Assembly (NCBI GenBank): GCA_047285535.1
Contig: JBJBDC010000001.1
Span: 736,136 to 800,135, forward strand
Reading direction: 5' to 3'
DNA: 64,000 nucleotides
Source of the DNA: Synechococcus sp.
GTDB taxonomy: Bacteria; Cyanobacteriota; Cyanobacteriia; PCC-6307; Cyanobiaceae
A program made the translations under genes and the position numbers. Positions 39,521 to 49,495 of the stretch are shown here, piece after piece; position 1 is the first letter of the stretch, and every line of letters begins with the position of its first letter. The notes below the pieces were generated by a model that was given only the letters and a program-made list of their open reading frames with translations, ran no database searches and was not told the origin of the DNA.

Positions 39521-39857
39521 CCCCACGGCGCTGGCGGAACTCGGGATGGTCCTGGTCCAACGCCCGCCACCACCAGCGACCATCGGTGTAGCTGGGCACA
39601 CCAGTGTTATTGGTGCGGGGCAGCTGCAACGTGAGGCCGCGCCAGTGAATCAGCAGCCCATCGCCAGGCACGGTGCCGGCCGTTGTATTGGGAATCGGCG
39701 CCGCCAGGGCCCCCATCGCCTCCTGCCCGAGATCAATAATTTCCAAGCTGAGAGGGTCGCCCTCGCAGATCCAGTCCGCCGCCGCCGGCAGCGGTATCGC
39801 CAGCATCCACTGAAGGGTGAGCACCAGCCCTAGCAGGGCACGACAACAGCGGTTCAT
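39411..39857 (-). CDS. secreted hypothetical protein
   Basis: Signal peptide, then 'DWICEGDPL...LQLPRTNN.G.PSYTDGRWWW...YRC'. Confidence 0.7.
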   Translation of the reverse strand: MNRCCRALLGLVLTLQWMLAIPLPAAADWICEGDPLSLEIIDLGQEAMGALAAPIPNTTAGTVPGDGLLIHWRGLTLQLPRTNNTGVPSYTDGRWWWRALDQDHPEFRQRRGVIETYRCDAITPQTATSQRDSLPQVGAAQNRGAEAS

Positions 39858-39908
39858 CGGAGGTTCATCGGAACGACATCCACAGCGGACTCCAACACGC
39901 GACAGATT

Positions 39909-40163
39909 GTGAGTCTGATTGTTCCAGCCATGCTTCCCTGCAATCCGTTCTGTCCGATCAGTGCGGCGAAGATCGCCGGCCTCAAGGCCACCGTGCTGTT
40001 ACTCATGATGCTGCTGTTCAAGTCGAAGCTGCTGCGCCTGAAGATGTCGCTGCTTGGCTCCCTGCTGGGTCTACTGATGCTGACGGGCTTTCTGATCAGC
40101 ACCGGTCTGCTCACCCTGGTGGCCGGCGGCGCGGTGGCCTACGCCGCAACGCGCAGCAAGTGA
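39909..40163 (+). CDS. small hydrophobic hypothetical protein
   Basis: Two TM segments, GC-rich codon usage; true start may be a downstream ATG. Confidence 0.5.
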   Translation: MSLIVPAMLPCNPFCPISAAKIAGLKATVLLLMMLLFKSKLLRLKMSLLGSLLGLLMLTGFLISTGLLTLVAGGAVAYAATRSK

Positions 40164-40227
40164 TCGAAACGCTGGAGCATCGCCGAGCCCCGAGCAGAGC
40201 CTGACCGCATCGGCCTGGGGAAACCGC

Positions 40228-40410
40228 TCAGGATTCGTTCCTGAAGATGCGCTCCAGTTCAGCGCGAAAATCCTGGCTTGAGAGCGGTGCAGAGAACCGT
40301 CGGCTGCGATTGCGGCGCAACAGCGCCGCAATCCACCAGATCTGCAGCCCGGCGCCACAGGCTCCGAACAGCAGCAGGCTGATGGTGGGCTTGTTGAACG
40401 CGATGTGCAT
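40228..40410 (-). CDS. small single-TM hypothetical protein
   Basis: TM followed by 'PLS...FRAELERIF'. Confidence 0.5.
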   Translation of the reverse strand: MHIAFNKPTISLLLFGACGAGLQIWWIAALLRRNRSRRFSAPLSSQDFRAELERIFRNES

Positions 40411-40622
40411 GGGCCGCTGCCCTCAAGGTGCCGATCAGACCTGAATCATCTCCATGAATGCTCCTGATCTGCGGCAGGAGCACAAAGACGAAAGTGGGGA
40501 TTGCATCCAGCGCGAGCTGAGAAGCTTTGTCTGGGTCCACAAAAAATATTGGGGCGCACTGCTGGAGCCTTCACCAGACTGAAGCTGATCTTGCCCCGGG
40601 GGTTTACGGTTTTGCACCTCCC

Positions 40623-41174
40623 TCAGATGGGTGGGATGGTGCCAGCGGGCGTTCCCACATCGAAAGAGGTGTTGGAACTTGCCGAAGCATTGTTCAGCAG
40701 GCGATTCAGATTGACCCCTGCCTCATAGGCGGCACGGTGCAGGTCCTGGCGTTGCTGATCGTCCAGGCCATCCCAGAAGGCATGGAGCAGATCAACCGAG
40801 GCCTTGCCCAGGCCCACGAACCCAACCAGGGCAAGGGGCACACCGAGCCAGGGGAAGACCAGCAGAACAACGCTGAGCACCAGGCTCACGACCGCACCAT
40901 GTTTGGCCGACTCCCAGACGCTGGAGGCGATCGCCTGCACCTGGGTTGGACGATCGATGGCTCCCCGCTTGCGCAGCGCTTCCGTTCGCAGGGCCGTGAG
41001 CAGGGCCTGATAGATCGCATAAACCGCCACGCCACCGAGGGTGGATTCACCGATGAACTCGCGGCCGCTCCAGGCACCGCCATTGCCGTTGAGATCAATG
41101 GAAGCCAGGCCCGCTGCTGGCGCGACTTCCCAACGGGCCTTGGGAATCCGGTAGGGATCAATCTCGCGGCTCAT
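40623..41174 (-). CDS. hypothetical membrane protein
   Basis: 183-aa ORF with hydrophobic segments and typical codon usage. Confidence 0.65.
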   Translation of the reverse strand: MSREIDPYRIPKARWEVAPAAGLASIDLNGNGGAWSGREFIGESTLGGVAVYAIYQALLTALRTEALRKRGAIDRPTQVQAIASSVWESAKHGAVVSLVLSVVLLVFPWLGVPLALVGFVGLGKASVDLLHAFWDGLDDQQRQDLHRAAYEAGVNLNRLLNNASASSNTSFDVGTPAGTIPPI

Positions 41175-41430
41175 GGTTGAACAAGAGAGGGGAGATCAAT
41201 ACCAGTCTGCTTTGAATGGGCTGTCTGTCGCCAGCCTGGTGGCCAAAACGACCTCTGAACTGATGACTGAATCTGACTGATCAGCCTCACGATTGGATCT
41301 CCATTTGATCTCAGCCGCCTCCATCCACTCCAGACCCCGATCGCGCTGGGTGCTGAAACTGAGATTCCAGGTTGTTGATGATGGTTCGGCGGGCCCGAAC
41401 GCGAGGCCGCATCCAATCAATAGCCAATCG

Positions 41431-41730
41431 ATGAATCCGATCAGCAATCAGAATCTGAAACTGGATCAGATCCCCGATCCGGATGGCAACTGGACTCACT
41501 GGGTCCGCTTCGCGCACACCATCAATGGCTATGAGATTCAGGGTGGATTTGAACCCTGCGCCGATCGAGCGAATTCCGGTTCGGCAGCAACGCTCACTGA
41601 GTTGCGCTCTGCTTTGTTTTTTGAAGCCCGTCGTGATCGTCACAGTGGTGGCATCTCCACCAATGAGCAGTTGATTCGAAAACTGCTACGAGCGATTCGG
41701 CAGAAGGTGAGTGCAGGCGCATTGGATTGA
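41431..41730 (+). CDS. hypothetical protein
   Basis: ATG 41431; 'W..FAHT.NGY...LTELRSALFFEARR.RH' looks like a conserved small domain. Confidence 0.55.
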   Translation: MNPISNQNLKLDQIPDPDGNWTHWVRFAHTINGYEIQGGFEPCADRANSGSAATLTELRSALFFEARRDRHSGGISTNEQLIRKLLRAIRQKVSAGALD

Positions 41731-41777
41731 GCTCCAGGACGAAATCCACCAGACTGAAGGCTCTGAAATCTCAACAA

Positions 41778-42734
41778 ATGACGGGGAATCGAAGCCAAAC
41801 AGCGGCTGGTACTCCCCTTCCCCGCGCCGTGTTCCTCGATGCCCTCAGCCTGGGGCCGGTGGATCTCACGCCGATGCAGCAATGGTGTGATCTGCAGGCC
41901 TGGCCCTCCACCGCCCTGGATGAGCGCCTGGAGCGCCTGCTCGATGCCGAGATCGCCATCACCAACAAGATTCCGATGGATGGCGCATTGTTGCGCCAGT
42001 TGCCCAGGCTGCGCCTGATTGGCGTGGCCGCTACCGGCACCGATCAGATCGACCATGCCGCCTGCGAAGAGCTTGGCATTCGCGTACGCAACGCAGGGCG
42101 CTACAGCCGTGCGTCGGTGGTGCAGATCACCTGGGCCCTGATCCTCGAGCTCTGCTGTGCCATGAATCAGCGACGCATGGATCTGCTCGCTGGGAGCTGG
42201 CAGTGCAGCCCGATGTTTTCCGTAATCGAGCCGGAGTTCGATGAACTGGAAGGGCAGACCCTGGTGGTGCTCGGTGCCGGTGATATCGGCCGTGGGGTGC
42301 TGGCCATCGGCGAGGCCTTCGGGATGAGGTGCCTCGCCCTCACCAGCCGCAGCAGCAGCGCTGAGGTGGAGAGGGCCCTGCGCCAGGCCGATGTGCTCAG
42401 CCTCCATGCCCCGCTGACGCCGCACACCCAGAACCTGATCAATGCTCAGCGGCTGGGTTGGATGAAACCCAGCGCCCGGCTGGTGAACATGGCCCGCGGC
42501 GGCCTGGTGAATCTCGAGGATCTCTGCGCAGCCCTGCGCCACGGTCAGCTCGCTGGCGCCGCCCTCGATGTGCTGCCGGAGGAACCCCCTGGTCCTGAGC
42601 TGAAGGTGTTGCTGAACACACCCAATCTGTTGATCAGTCCCCATATGGGCTGGAGTTCTCGCCAGTCCCGCAGCCGTTTGGTGCGCACCCTGGCCGGACA
42701 CCTGCAGTCCTACGTCTCTGCAGGCAACACCTGA
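41778..42734 (+). CDS. D-2-hydroxyacid dehydrogenase (glycerate dehydrogenase/hydroxypyruvate reductase-like)
   Basis: 'ATGTDQID', 'LGAGDIG', 'SLHAPLT', 'VNMARGGLV', 'ALDVL..EPP', 'SPHMGW'. Confidence 0.9.
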   Translation: MTGNRSQTAAGTPLPRAVFLDALSLGPVDLTPMQQWCDLQAWPSTALDERLERLLDAEIAITNKIPMDGALLRQLPRLRLIGVAATGTDQIDHAACEELGIRVRNAGRYSRASVVQITWALILELCCAMNQRRMDLLAGSWQCSPMFSVIEPEFDELEGQTLVVLGAGDIGRGVLAIGEAFGMRCLALTSRSSSAEVERALRQADVLSLHAPLTPHTQNLINAQRLGWMKPSARLVNMARGGLVNLEDLCAALRHGQLAGAALDVLPEEPPGPELKVLLNTPNLLISPHMGWSSRQSRSRLVRTLAGHLQSYVSAGNT

Positions 42735-42931
42735 CTCAACAGCGCGAACAACTCGTCATAGTCCGTGCAACTGAGGGCATCTCGCCAGACGAACAACCAT
42801 GGCCTGGTGGCCGCTGCTGCCTAGTGCAGCCCAGGATCAAGGACTCATTTCAGATGATTGCCCCTGAGCTGTGCCATTTAAAACTTACGCCACTGGTATC
42901 TGTGATGTGCAACTGAATGATTCCTCTCTTG

Positions 42932-42959
42932 GCGTAGCCGTCTCTCTTGATGGCTACGC
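42932..42959. terminator. hairpin between convergent genes
   Basis: gcgtagccgtc-loop-gatggctacgc, 11-bp stem with one G-T pair. Confidence 0.45.
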
Positions 42960-43069
42960 ATCAAGTCAAAGGAGTGTTTGCCGGGATCAATGGCAAGTCT
43001 GCGTTATGACCCACAAAACACCCCCAGAGGTCATCGATGATTCATGAGCTGAGGGCGTTCGTGAGCCCA

Positions 43070-44833
43070 TCAGTCAGACAGCGTTGGATTCGGGGTCATC
43101 GTCTTGTGCATGGTTTCAATCACCTCCTCCGCCAAAGGCTGGCTCTCTTCAGCAGGAATGAGCACTTCGAGGTAAGCCGCTCCTTGATGAGCACTGATTG
43201 CGGCCAATGCTTGCTCCAGTTCCGCAACGGTTGCAGCCCGGCCGCACCACCAACCCCTGCATCCAAGAACAGCGGGAATATCTGCGTAGCGCCAAGGGGG
43301 CAAATCGTTGTAGGCATGGCCCGTTTCACTGATCAACGCCTCTATCCCGTGCAGGCTATTGTTCAGAACGATCACCACAGGCTTGACCCCTGTGAAGCCC
43401 ATCACCCCGATCTCCTGCACCGTGAGCTGGTGGGCGCCATCACCGGTGACCAAAACGACCCGACGCTCGGGTTCAGCCAAAGCGCATCCCAGAGCGGCCG
43501 GTGTGCCCCATCCGATCGATCCCCAGAGGGTCTGACTTTCCATTGTCACGCCATCCGGTAATCGGATGGCGTTGAGTTTCAGAAGGCATGTGCCGGTATC
43601 CGACACCAAGAGGTCGTTGGGGCGAAGGAATTGCTGCAAGCGGGGGTAGAAGCTTGCTGAATCGGTGGGCTGATCTGGAGCTCCAAGAAGGGGCAGCATG
43701 GGAGCGGGCTGCACTGGTCGATGCTCTCCCCAATAGGAGAGGCGTTTCGACGCTGACTGAAAGCGTCTCGTCAGTCCTGCCAGGACATCACTGATGCTCA
43801 CACTCGTGAACACCTGATGACCGGCTTGGACCCAGTCGGCGTGCAAAGCAACGATCCGGTTGGGATCGAGTGACCCACTCCAAAGTCCTGTGTTGAGGTC
43901 CTCCAGCACCAACCCTCCAAGATCGATGAGCAGATCGGCCTCTTCCACCACGCTTTGGAGGGCAGCTGGGGTGGACCGACCACCGTTGTACATGCCAAGG
44001 AAAGCGGGGTGCTGCTCACTGAGCAGTGCCTTGTCCATGGGTGTCGTTGCATAGGCCAGGCCGGAGGCCTTGAGGAAATTCTCGAATGCATTCACCAGCC
44101 CGAAACGCTTCAGGGTGATGGTGGGGAGCACAACCGGAGATGATGCTGAGGCAATCCGTGCCTCCAGGAGATCAAGGACAGCCTCAAGTTCACCAGCAAC
44201 ACTGTCATGCTGGTCGATGACACCAAGAGGAGAGCCTTGGATGGGAGTCCCGGTGATCGGCATGAGAGCCAGATCCATCGGGAAGGTGAGGTAAGCAGGC
44301 CTGGATTCCTCCAGAGCTTTATCAATCACCCGCTCCAGTTCGATGACAGCGTTTTCAGGCGTGAGCCTGGCGCTGACACAGCTTGCAGAAGCGGAGATGG
44401 CCTCGAAGCGGTCATAGTTTCGATCGCCGAGGGTGTGATGACAGATGAGGCCTTGTCGCACGATCCGAAGACTGGGAGTGCCTACCAGATGAAACACGGG
44501 TAGACGTTCAGCCATGGCTCCCATCAGGCCATTGAGTGCACTCAGTTCGCCAACTCCATAAGTGGTGCAGACGATGGCAGCCCCTCGGCGGCGGGCATAG
44601 CCATCAGCCGCGAAAGCCGCATTCAGCTCATGAGCTGATGGCACCCAACTCAGCCTGGGATGCACCTCCACCGCATCGTTGATTGGAAAGGAATAATCGC
44701 CCGGTACACCAAACACGTGGCCAATTCCAAGATCAGCTAAGCGATCGAGGGCATAAGTCACCACAGAAGCAGTCATCAAGTCGGCGTTGAGGATCACTTG
44801 GCGAGTCTGATTGTGGTCATCCCAGGGAGCCAT
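43070..44833 (-). CDS. ThDP-dependent alpha-keto acid decarboxylase (indolepyruvate/pyruvate decarboxylase family)
   Basis: 'FGVPGDY', 'ELNAAFAADGYAR', 'TYGVGELSA', 'HHTLG', 'WGSIGW', ThDP motif 'GDGA...LNN'. Confidence 0.92.
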   Translation of the reverse strand: MAPWDDHNQTRQVILNADLMTASVVTYALDRLADLGIGHVFGVPGDYSFPINDAVEVHPRLSWVPSAHELNAAFAADGYARRRGAAIVCTTYGVGELSALNGLMGAMAERLPVFHLVGTPSLRIVRQGLICHHTLGDRNYDRFEAISASASCVSARLTPENAVIELERVIDKALEESRPAYLTFPMDLALMPITGTPIQGSPLGVIDQHDSVAGELEAVLDLLEARIASASSPVVLPTITLKRFGLVNAFENFLKASGLAYATTPMDKALLSEQHPAFLGMYNGGRSTPAALQSVVEEADLLIDLGGLVLEDLNTGLWSGSLDPNRIVALHADWVQAGHQVFTSVSISDVLAGLTRRFQSASKRLSYWGEHRPVQPAPMLPLLGAPDQPTDSASFYPRLQQFLRPNDLLVSDTGTCLLKLNAIRLPDGVTMESQTLWGSIGWGTPAALGCALAEPERRVVLVTGDGAHQLTVQEIGVMGFTGVKPVVIVLNNSLHGIEALISETGHAYNDLPPWRYADIPAVLGCRGWWCGRAATVAELEQALAAISAHQGAAYLEVLIPAEESQPLAEEVIETMHKTMTPNPTLSD

Positions 44834-45062
44834 GGGACACTCCGTGATGAGGTATTAAGAGTCACTTTTCAATGCGATGAGTTGTGGATTTTGCTTATGC
44901 ATGGGATTTGTGTTGTCTGCCCACAGACTTGCGGCGGGTTCAGCAAGAAACTGAGCACAGCTCGACTCCACTTCGGTGCAGAGTCGTGAGTAGAGAACCT
45001 GACCTGAGTGGCGGCACAGGGCATCCAATCGGTGGATCAGCACTGGCCCTGGCGGCCGCTGC

Positions 45063-45602
45063 TGCCAGTCAGCAGTCTTTGATTGCAATGGTTTTAATGG
45101 ACATGTCTCTGAGCTATCCCTGTTCTTTGAGCAACTGGGCAGGATGGCGTGCAACTCCCAGTGGTTCAACCAAGCTTTGAATCCTGCTTCACAAATGATG
45201 GACCTAGACAACTAGCGCGTACCTCTCGAACTCTGGGACTTCTCCCCGATGACTCTTGGCGCGGTCATCACACCACCGCCGCAGCGCCATGGCGTCGTCC
45301 AAGGCGTCATCCAGGTCCTCAAAGTCCACCCCCCCATCACTTCGGTACGGTTGAGTCGAGCATGGATGGACCTGTGGATCCGGCCAAAGCCGCTGAGATG
45401 TGTCAGTTGTCGGAGCCTTGATCTGAGACAGCTGCGGCCATCCGCCGAATTGTCGGATGATCGAAGCGAATGAGGAGCACCTGCTGTGGCATCGACCAAC
45501 CGCACCTTGCTGAAGCGCCTGGCCGTGGATCTGGCTGAGCTTTGCAGTGATCCGGAGAATCTCGACTATGCCTTCGACCTGCTCAATGCCACCTATGGGA
45601 CT
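45063..45602 (+). repeat. direct repeat copy 1 (at least 540 bp)
   Basis: Appears identical to 63461-64000; identical shadow ORFs appear in the ORF track at offset 18398. Confidence 0.95.
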
Positions 45603-46196
45603 GAGGTGGCGCAGGCGGCACGCGACCGCCTCAAGAACGACCCGGACATCCGTCCGCTGGTGCAGGAGCGCTACTGGGGGAACTGGCCGGCACTGCCTGA
45701 GCTGGTGGCATTGCCGGCAGGATCGCTGGGCCATGTCTACGGCCTGTTCATCACATCGCAAGGACTGAGTGAACTGCCCGCTCCCGTGTTGCCCTCAGGG
45801 GTCGGAGGCGACGACGCCTACTTGCAGATGCGCATCCGCTACACCCACGATCTCTGGCATGTGATCGCCGGACTCCCCGTTAACCTCGCCGGAGAGGCGG
45901 CCGCCACCGGTCTCACCACCGAACAGCTGCGCTGGCCAGGAAGTGCACTCCTGATCGCTGCTGACCTGATCCATCGCGTCAGCACCACTGAAGCCGATGC
46001 CGAAGGAGACGTCGATGTGGGTGTGGCCATCGCCTACGGCCTCAACCTTGGGGCCCAGGCCCGCCCCCTGCTGGCCCAGCGCTGGGAGGAGGGCTGGCAG
46101 ACCCCTCTAAAAACCTGGCGGGAAGCGTTGGGGATCCGCACGCTTCTACGCCACAGCCCCTTCCCGTTGCTCACAGGTGAGATGCCGCGAAGCTGA
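45486..46196 (+). CDS. Coq4-family protein
   Basis: 'L.ALPAGSLG..Y', 'R.RYTHDLWHVIAG...LAGE' (HDxxH...E metal motif), 'RWEE.W..PL..WRE.LGI'. Confidence 0.82.
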   Translation: MASTNRTLLKRLAVDLAELCSDPENLDYAFDLLNATYGTEVAQAARDRLKNDPDIRPLVQERYWGNWPALPELVALPAGSLGHVYGLFITSQGLSELPAPVLPSGVGGDDAYLQMRIRYTHDLWHVIAGLPVNLAGEAAATGLTTEQLRWPGSALLIAADLIHRVSTTEADAEGDVDVGVAIAYGLNLGAQARPLLAQRWEEGWQTPLKTWREALGIRTLLRHSPFPLLTGEMPRS

Positions 46197-46216
46197 CGCT
46201 GCCCAGCTCATCAGCG

Positions 46217-46774
46217 TCAGCAAGACAACGAACAGGCATGGAGCATGGTGCAGGCTGCGATGTCGGCAGGACTGCTGATCTTGAGCGGGTGGGTCACTGC
46301 GCTCACGCGCCCAAACAGCAGCGGATCACTTGGAAGCGGCAGCTGCTGGGCAAGCTCCTGCCTTAATTCAAAGGGATCTTGGCTGTAGAGCAGGCTCAGA
46401 TGCGGATCCAGCCGATAGCCAAGCTCAGCCGCTGAACGACGACGCAACTGGCTGAACCAGGGATGCAGTTTCGCCATCGCCTCGGCGTTGAAGCGCAGCA
46501 CAAGGCTCTGCGTGAACAACAGTCTCGCTTCAATGGCATTGGGCCTGAGCAGAACAGGCTGTCGACAAGCGGCAAGTTGCTCAAGTTGAGCGATGGCCTG
46601 CTCCTGACTGACGCCACGGTCTCCATCGAGATGCTCGCTGTAGAGCGTGATGTGCGGAGGCAATCTGCAAGCCACAAGCGCCTGGCTGGCCAGCGCCGAA
46701 AGTTGATCCAACACCGCCTGGGCCTCCGGAGCGGGGAGCAGCCAATAGGACACGGCTTGAGGAGACGTCATCAA
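46217..46774 (-). CDS. 2H phosphoesterase (cyclic phosphodiesterase-like)
   Basis: Two Hx(T/S) motifs, 'PHITLY' and 'PHLSLLY'; N-terminal 'SYWLLP'. Confidence 0.8.
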   Translation of the reverse strand: MMTSPQAVSYWLLPAPEAQAVLDQLSALASQALVACRLPPHITLYSEHLDGDRGVSQEQAIAQLEQLAACRQPVLLRPNAIEARLLFTQSLVLRFNAEAMAKLHPWFSQLRRRSAAELGYRLDPHLSLLYSQDPFELRQELAQQLPLPSDPLLFGRVSAVTHPLKISSPADIAACTMLHACSLSC

Positions 46775-46810
46775 GGCAGCTGAATCGACATCATGCTGAT
46801 GTCATCTCCC

Positions 46811-47041
46811 TCAGCGGTGTGATTCTCGTCTCAAACAGTCAGGCTTGAACGCAGCATCGCTAATGGGCACCCAAGTGAGGGAATGATCAATGGCCGTCAG
46901 GCATGACTCGGCGCTCTCCAGATCATCGGCGTCAAGGGCGGCGATGGCTGCCTGGCGATCGCGGTTGGCTTGCACCAGGGCGAACTGTTCGGCCACCAGT
47001 TGGTGAACAGCCATGTCGGAGAACTCCGCCATCGCCAACAC
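46811..47041 (-). CDS. small hypothetical protein
   Basis: Helical 76-aa ORF in a run of minus-strand genes. Confidence 0.45.
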   Translation of the reverse strand: MLAMAEFSDMAVHQLVAEQFALVQANRDRQAAIAALDADDLESAESCLTAIDHSLTWVPISDAAFKPDCLRRESHR

Positions 47042-47093
47042 GGCAAAAGTGATTCCCCTGGGTCCTTGCTGAGAGTTTTTCGATCAAGCGATT

Positions 47094-47309
47094 TTAGTGA
47101 TATTCCCCAGGGTGCTCCTGCTTCGAGACGGTCACTCGCCCCACCTTTTGGCCGGAGAAGCGCAGCAGCTCATCGCCTGAAAATTCAAAGCCCAGTCCAA
47201 AGGCGATGCGGGCCACATCATCGGCTGTGGAGGCTGCCAGCACCTGCTGCTTGAGGCTCTCCTCTTGCTGCATCTTTCGCAGGAATGCCTTGAGTTGATC
47301 GAGGGCCAC
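47094..47309 (-). CDS. Nif11-like domain protein
   Basis: 'QLKAFL.K...E.SLKQQV.AA...DDVA.IA...GFEFS.DEL'. Confidence 0.8.
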   Translation of the reverse strand: MALDQLKAFLRKMQQEESLKQQVLAASTADDVARIAFGLGFEFSGDELLRFSGQKVGRVTVSKQEHPGEYH

Positions 47310-47386
47310 GGGGTGCTCGGCAGTGGGAAGATCATCGCTGATGGCAGCGGTGCGCCAGCATCAGCCCATTGATCAATGGCGCATCG

Positions 47387-47611
47387 ATGGGTCTGCAGCT
47401 GCAATCCGCTGAGTTCATCCACGAGGACGGGATCACCTATTGCATCCGCCGCGAGACCCTCGAGCAGGACTTCACCATCTACGAAAAGCGTGGTGAGGAA
47501 TGGGTTGATTGCGGCCTGGATCAGGCCGTCAAAGACGTGAACTTCGCTGAGTTCAAGCGTCTGGGCCTGTTGATCAAAAAAATCATGGATGCCGATCAGT
47601 GGCTCGCCTGA
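47387..47611 (+). CDS. conserved small hypothetical protein
   Basis: Compact ORF with strong host-like codon usage. Confidence 0.6.
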   Translation: MGLQLQSAEFIHEDGITYCIRRETLEQDFTIYEKRGEEWVDCGLDQAVKDVNFAEFKRLGLLIKKIMDADQWLA

Positions 47612-47627
47612 CGCGCCGCGCTTGAAC

Positions 47628-47867
47628 TCATTTGTGGCACTTGGCGCGAAAGCGATTCGATGGGTTGCTGGCGCCGTGTTTGGTCTTGCGGCCGCTCACC
47701 CGCTTGCGCCACAGCTTGAACGAGGAGGCCTTCATCGATTGACGCATCACCGCGATCACCTCCTGCTCAGAGAGGCCGAACTGGTAGTCGATCGCTTCAA
47801 AGCTGGTGCGGTCTTCCCAGGCCATCTCAATGATGCGATCGAGCTCTTCCGGTTCAAAGCTGCGCAT
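47628..47867 (-). CDS. TIGR03643/DUF2805 family protein
   Basis: 'RIIEMAWEDRT.FEAI..QFGL.E.EVI..MR..MK.SSFKLWRKRV.GRKTKH'. Confidence 0.88.
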   Translation of the reverse strand: MRSFEPEELDRIIEMAWEDRTSFEAIDYQFGLSEQEVIAVMRQSMKASSFKLWRKRVSGRKTKHGASNPSNRFRAKCHK

Positions 47868-47871
47868 GGCT

Positions 47872-49131
47872 CTATCGGGCTGTTGCGGTCACCATCAGCC
47901 CGCTGCGCGGTGTGGGGCTCGGCAGCTGCTGCAGCGCTAGATCCTGTTCAGGGACCAGTTGCAGCTGCACCTTCTGCAGCAGGCCCACAGCCATCAGCCG
48001 GATCTCCAGTTCGGCCAATGCTTTGCCCAAACAGACGCGTTCGCCTGCTCCAAAGGGCAGCAGGGTTTGCTCAAACGAGCCATCGAGATGGCGTTGTGGG
48101 CGGAATTCGCTCAAATCCGTGCCGCTGGTGGCGGCTGTTGGCGTCAGCGCCACCTGGATCACGCTGTTTTCCGGCACCGCCACATCAGCCAGCTCAATGG
48201 CTTGCAAGCTGCGGCGGAAGAAGCCGGCCACTGGTGGTGTTTGCCGCATCACCTCCAAGACCGTGGCATCGAGCTTTTCGGATTGCGGTGATGTGGCCGC
48301 CGGCCACGGGGAAGCCATCACGTCGCTGCGGAGCCACTCCATCACCTCTGGATGCAAAAGCAAGGCGCGGAACAGGCAGCTCAGGGATGAGGCGGTGGTT
48401 TCGTAACCGGCAAACAGCAGCAGCAGCAGTTGCTCAGCCAGATCGGCATCATCGAGTGGAATGCCGGCTTCATCAAGGCCGCCGCTGATCAGATCCAGGC
48501 CGCCTTGGTTGCTCCCCTCTTTGAGCACCTCCTTGATGCGGTTCAGCAGCCGCTGGCGCGCGCCCATCGCTTTGGCAAAGGGGGTGCCAGGAATCGCCAG
48601 GGGAATCGAGAACAGGGCCTTGGTCCAGATCTCAAAATCTGCGAACAGCGCTTCCCTGCTTGCTGTATCGAGTCCCAGCACCGTGGTGGCGATCACGGCA
48701 AAGGCAAAGCGGCGCATGCGCCCGGCCAAGGGCACGGAGCCATCGGCACCGATCAGCTCATCAGCCAGCTCATCCACCAGGCCAATAATTGATGGGGTAT
48801 AGCGGGCGAGCGCTGCGCTGGAGAACAGCTGACCCACCACGCGCCGGCGGGCTTTATGGCCGGCTCCGCTGCGGTTGGCCAGGGAGCGGCTGCCCAGCAG
48901 TTTTTTGACGCTCTCAGGCCACCAGCCCTCTAACGACTCGCTTTGGCTGAACAGATCATTGATCGCCCGCTCACCGCGGATGAACACGATCGGCTGGGCC
49001 AGCAGCTTGGTGGCGAAGACATCGCCATAGGTTTCAAAGCGCCGTTGGGCAAAGCTCGGATCGCCAAAGAAATCGAGGGTTTCCTTCAGGCCGCTCACCG
49101 CACCGGTGTTGGGCAGAGGCTTGGCAGGCAT
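47872..49131 (-). CDS. cytochrome P450
   Basis: I-helix 'LLFAGYETT', ExxR 'EVMR', 'FRPQRH', heme motif 'PFGAGERVCLG'. Confidence 0.95.
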   Translation of the reverse strand: MPAKPLPNTGAVSGLKETLDFFGDPSFAQRRFETYGDVFATKLLAQPIVFIRGERAINDLFSQSESLEGWWPESVKKLLGSRSLANRSGAGHKARRRVVGQLFSSAALARYTPSIIGLVDELADELIGADGSVPLAGRMRRFAFAVIATTVLGLDTASREALFADFEIWTKALFSIPLAIPGTPFAKAMGARQRLLNRIKEVLKEGSNQGGLDLISGGLDEAGIPLDDADLAEQLLLLLFAGYETTASSLSCLFRALLLHPEVMEWLRSDVMASPWPAATSPQSEKLDATVLEVMRQTPPVAGFFRRSLQAIELADVAVPENSVIQVALTPTAATSGTDLSEFRPQRHLDGSFEQTLLPFGAGERVCLGKALAELEIRLMAVGLLQKVQLQLVPEQDLALQQLPSPTPRSGLMVTATAR

Positions 49132-49216
49132 GGACCCAAAGGCGCGCAGGCGATCAAGTTATCGATTCCGCTGGCCCTTCTGAGGCTGACATCAGATCCC
49201 TGGCTGGCTAGCTGTC

Positions 49217-49495
49217 GTGATGGAGATGGGCAGCCCCATGGAATTGAAGATGCTGGTGATGGTTGTGGTGGCTCATGTTGCCAGTGCCTTTTTCAGCAAA
49301 ACCATCGCTGGGCAGAAGGCCCGCAGCAGCAAGAACTGGTTCTGGGCTGGGTTGATCTTTGGTCCGCTGGGGTTGATCGCTGCGGTGGGGTTGGCCGACC
49401 GCCATCAGATCGTGTATCTGCGGCATCTGGCTGAAACCCAGGGCTATGAGCCGCGCCATCAGTGCGGCGGCAAAGCGAAGCAAGAGTTTGAGTAA
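49217..49495 (+). CDS. small membrane protein
   Basis: 'IA.QK.RS...WFWAGLIFGPLGLIA' membrane motif. Confidence 0.6.
   Translation: MMEMGSPMELKMLVMVVVAHVASAFFSKTIAGQKARSSKNWFWAGLIFGPLGLIAAVGLADRHQIVYLRHLAETQGYEPRHQCGGKAKQEFE

Noticed and set aside
41640..42701. 353-aa minus-strand ORF
   Set aside because: Antisense to the well-supported 2-hydroxyacid dehydrogenase
47094..47309. Nif11-like ORF as a prochlorosin/lanthipeptide precursor
   Set aside because: No double-glycine-type cleavage site followed by a Cys-containing core, and no LanM or other modifying enzyme nearby
47589..48488. 299-aa plus-strand ORF
   Set aside because: Antisense to the TIGR03643 and P450 genes; low-complexity translation
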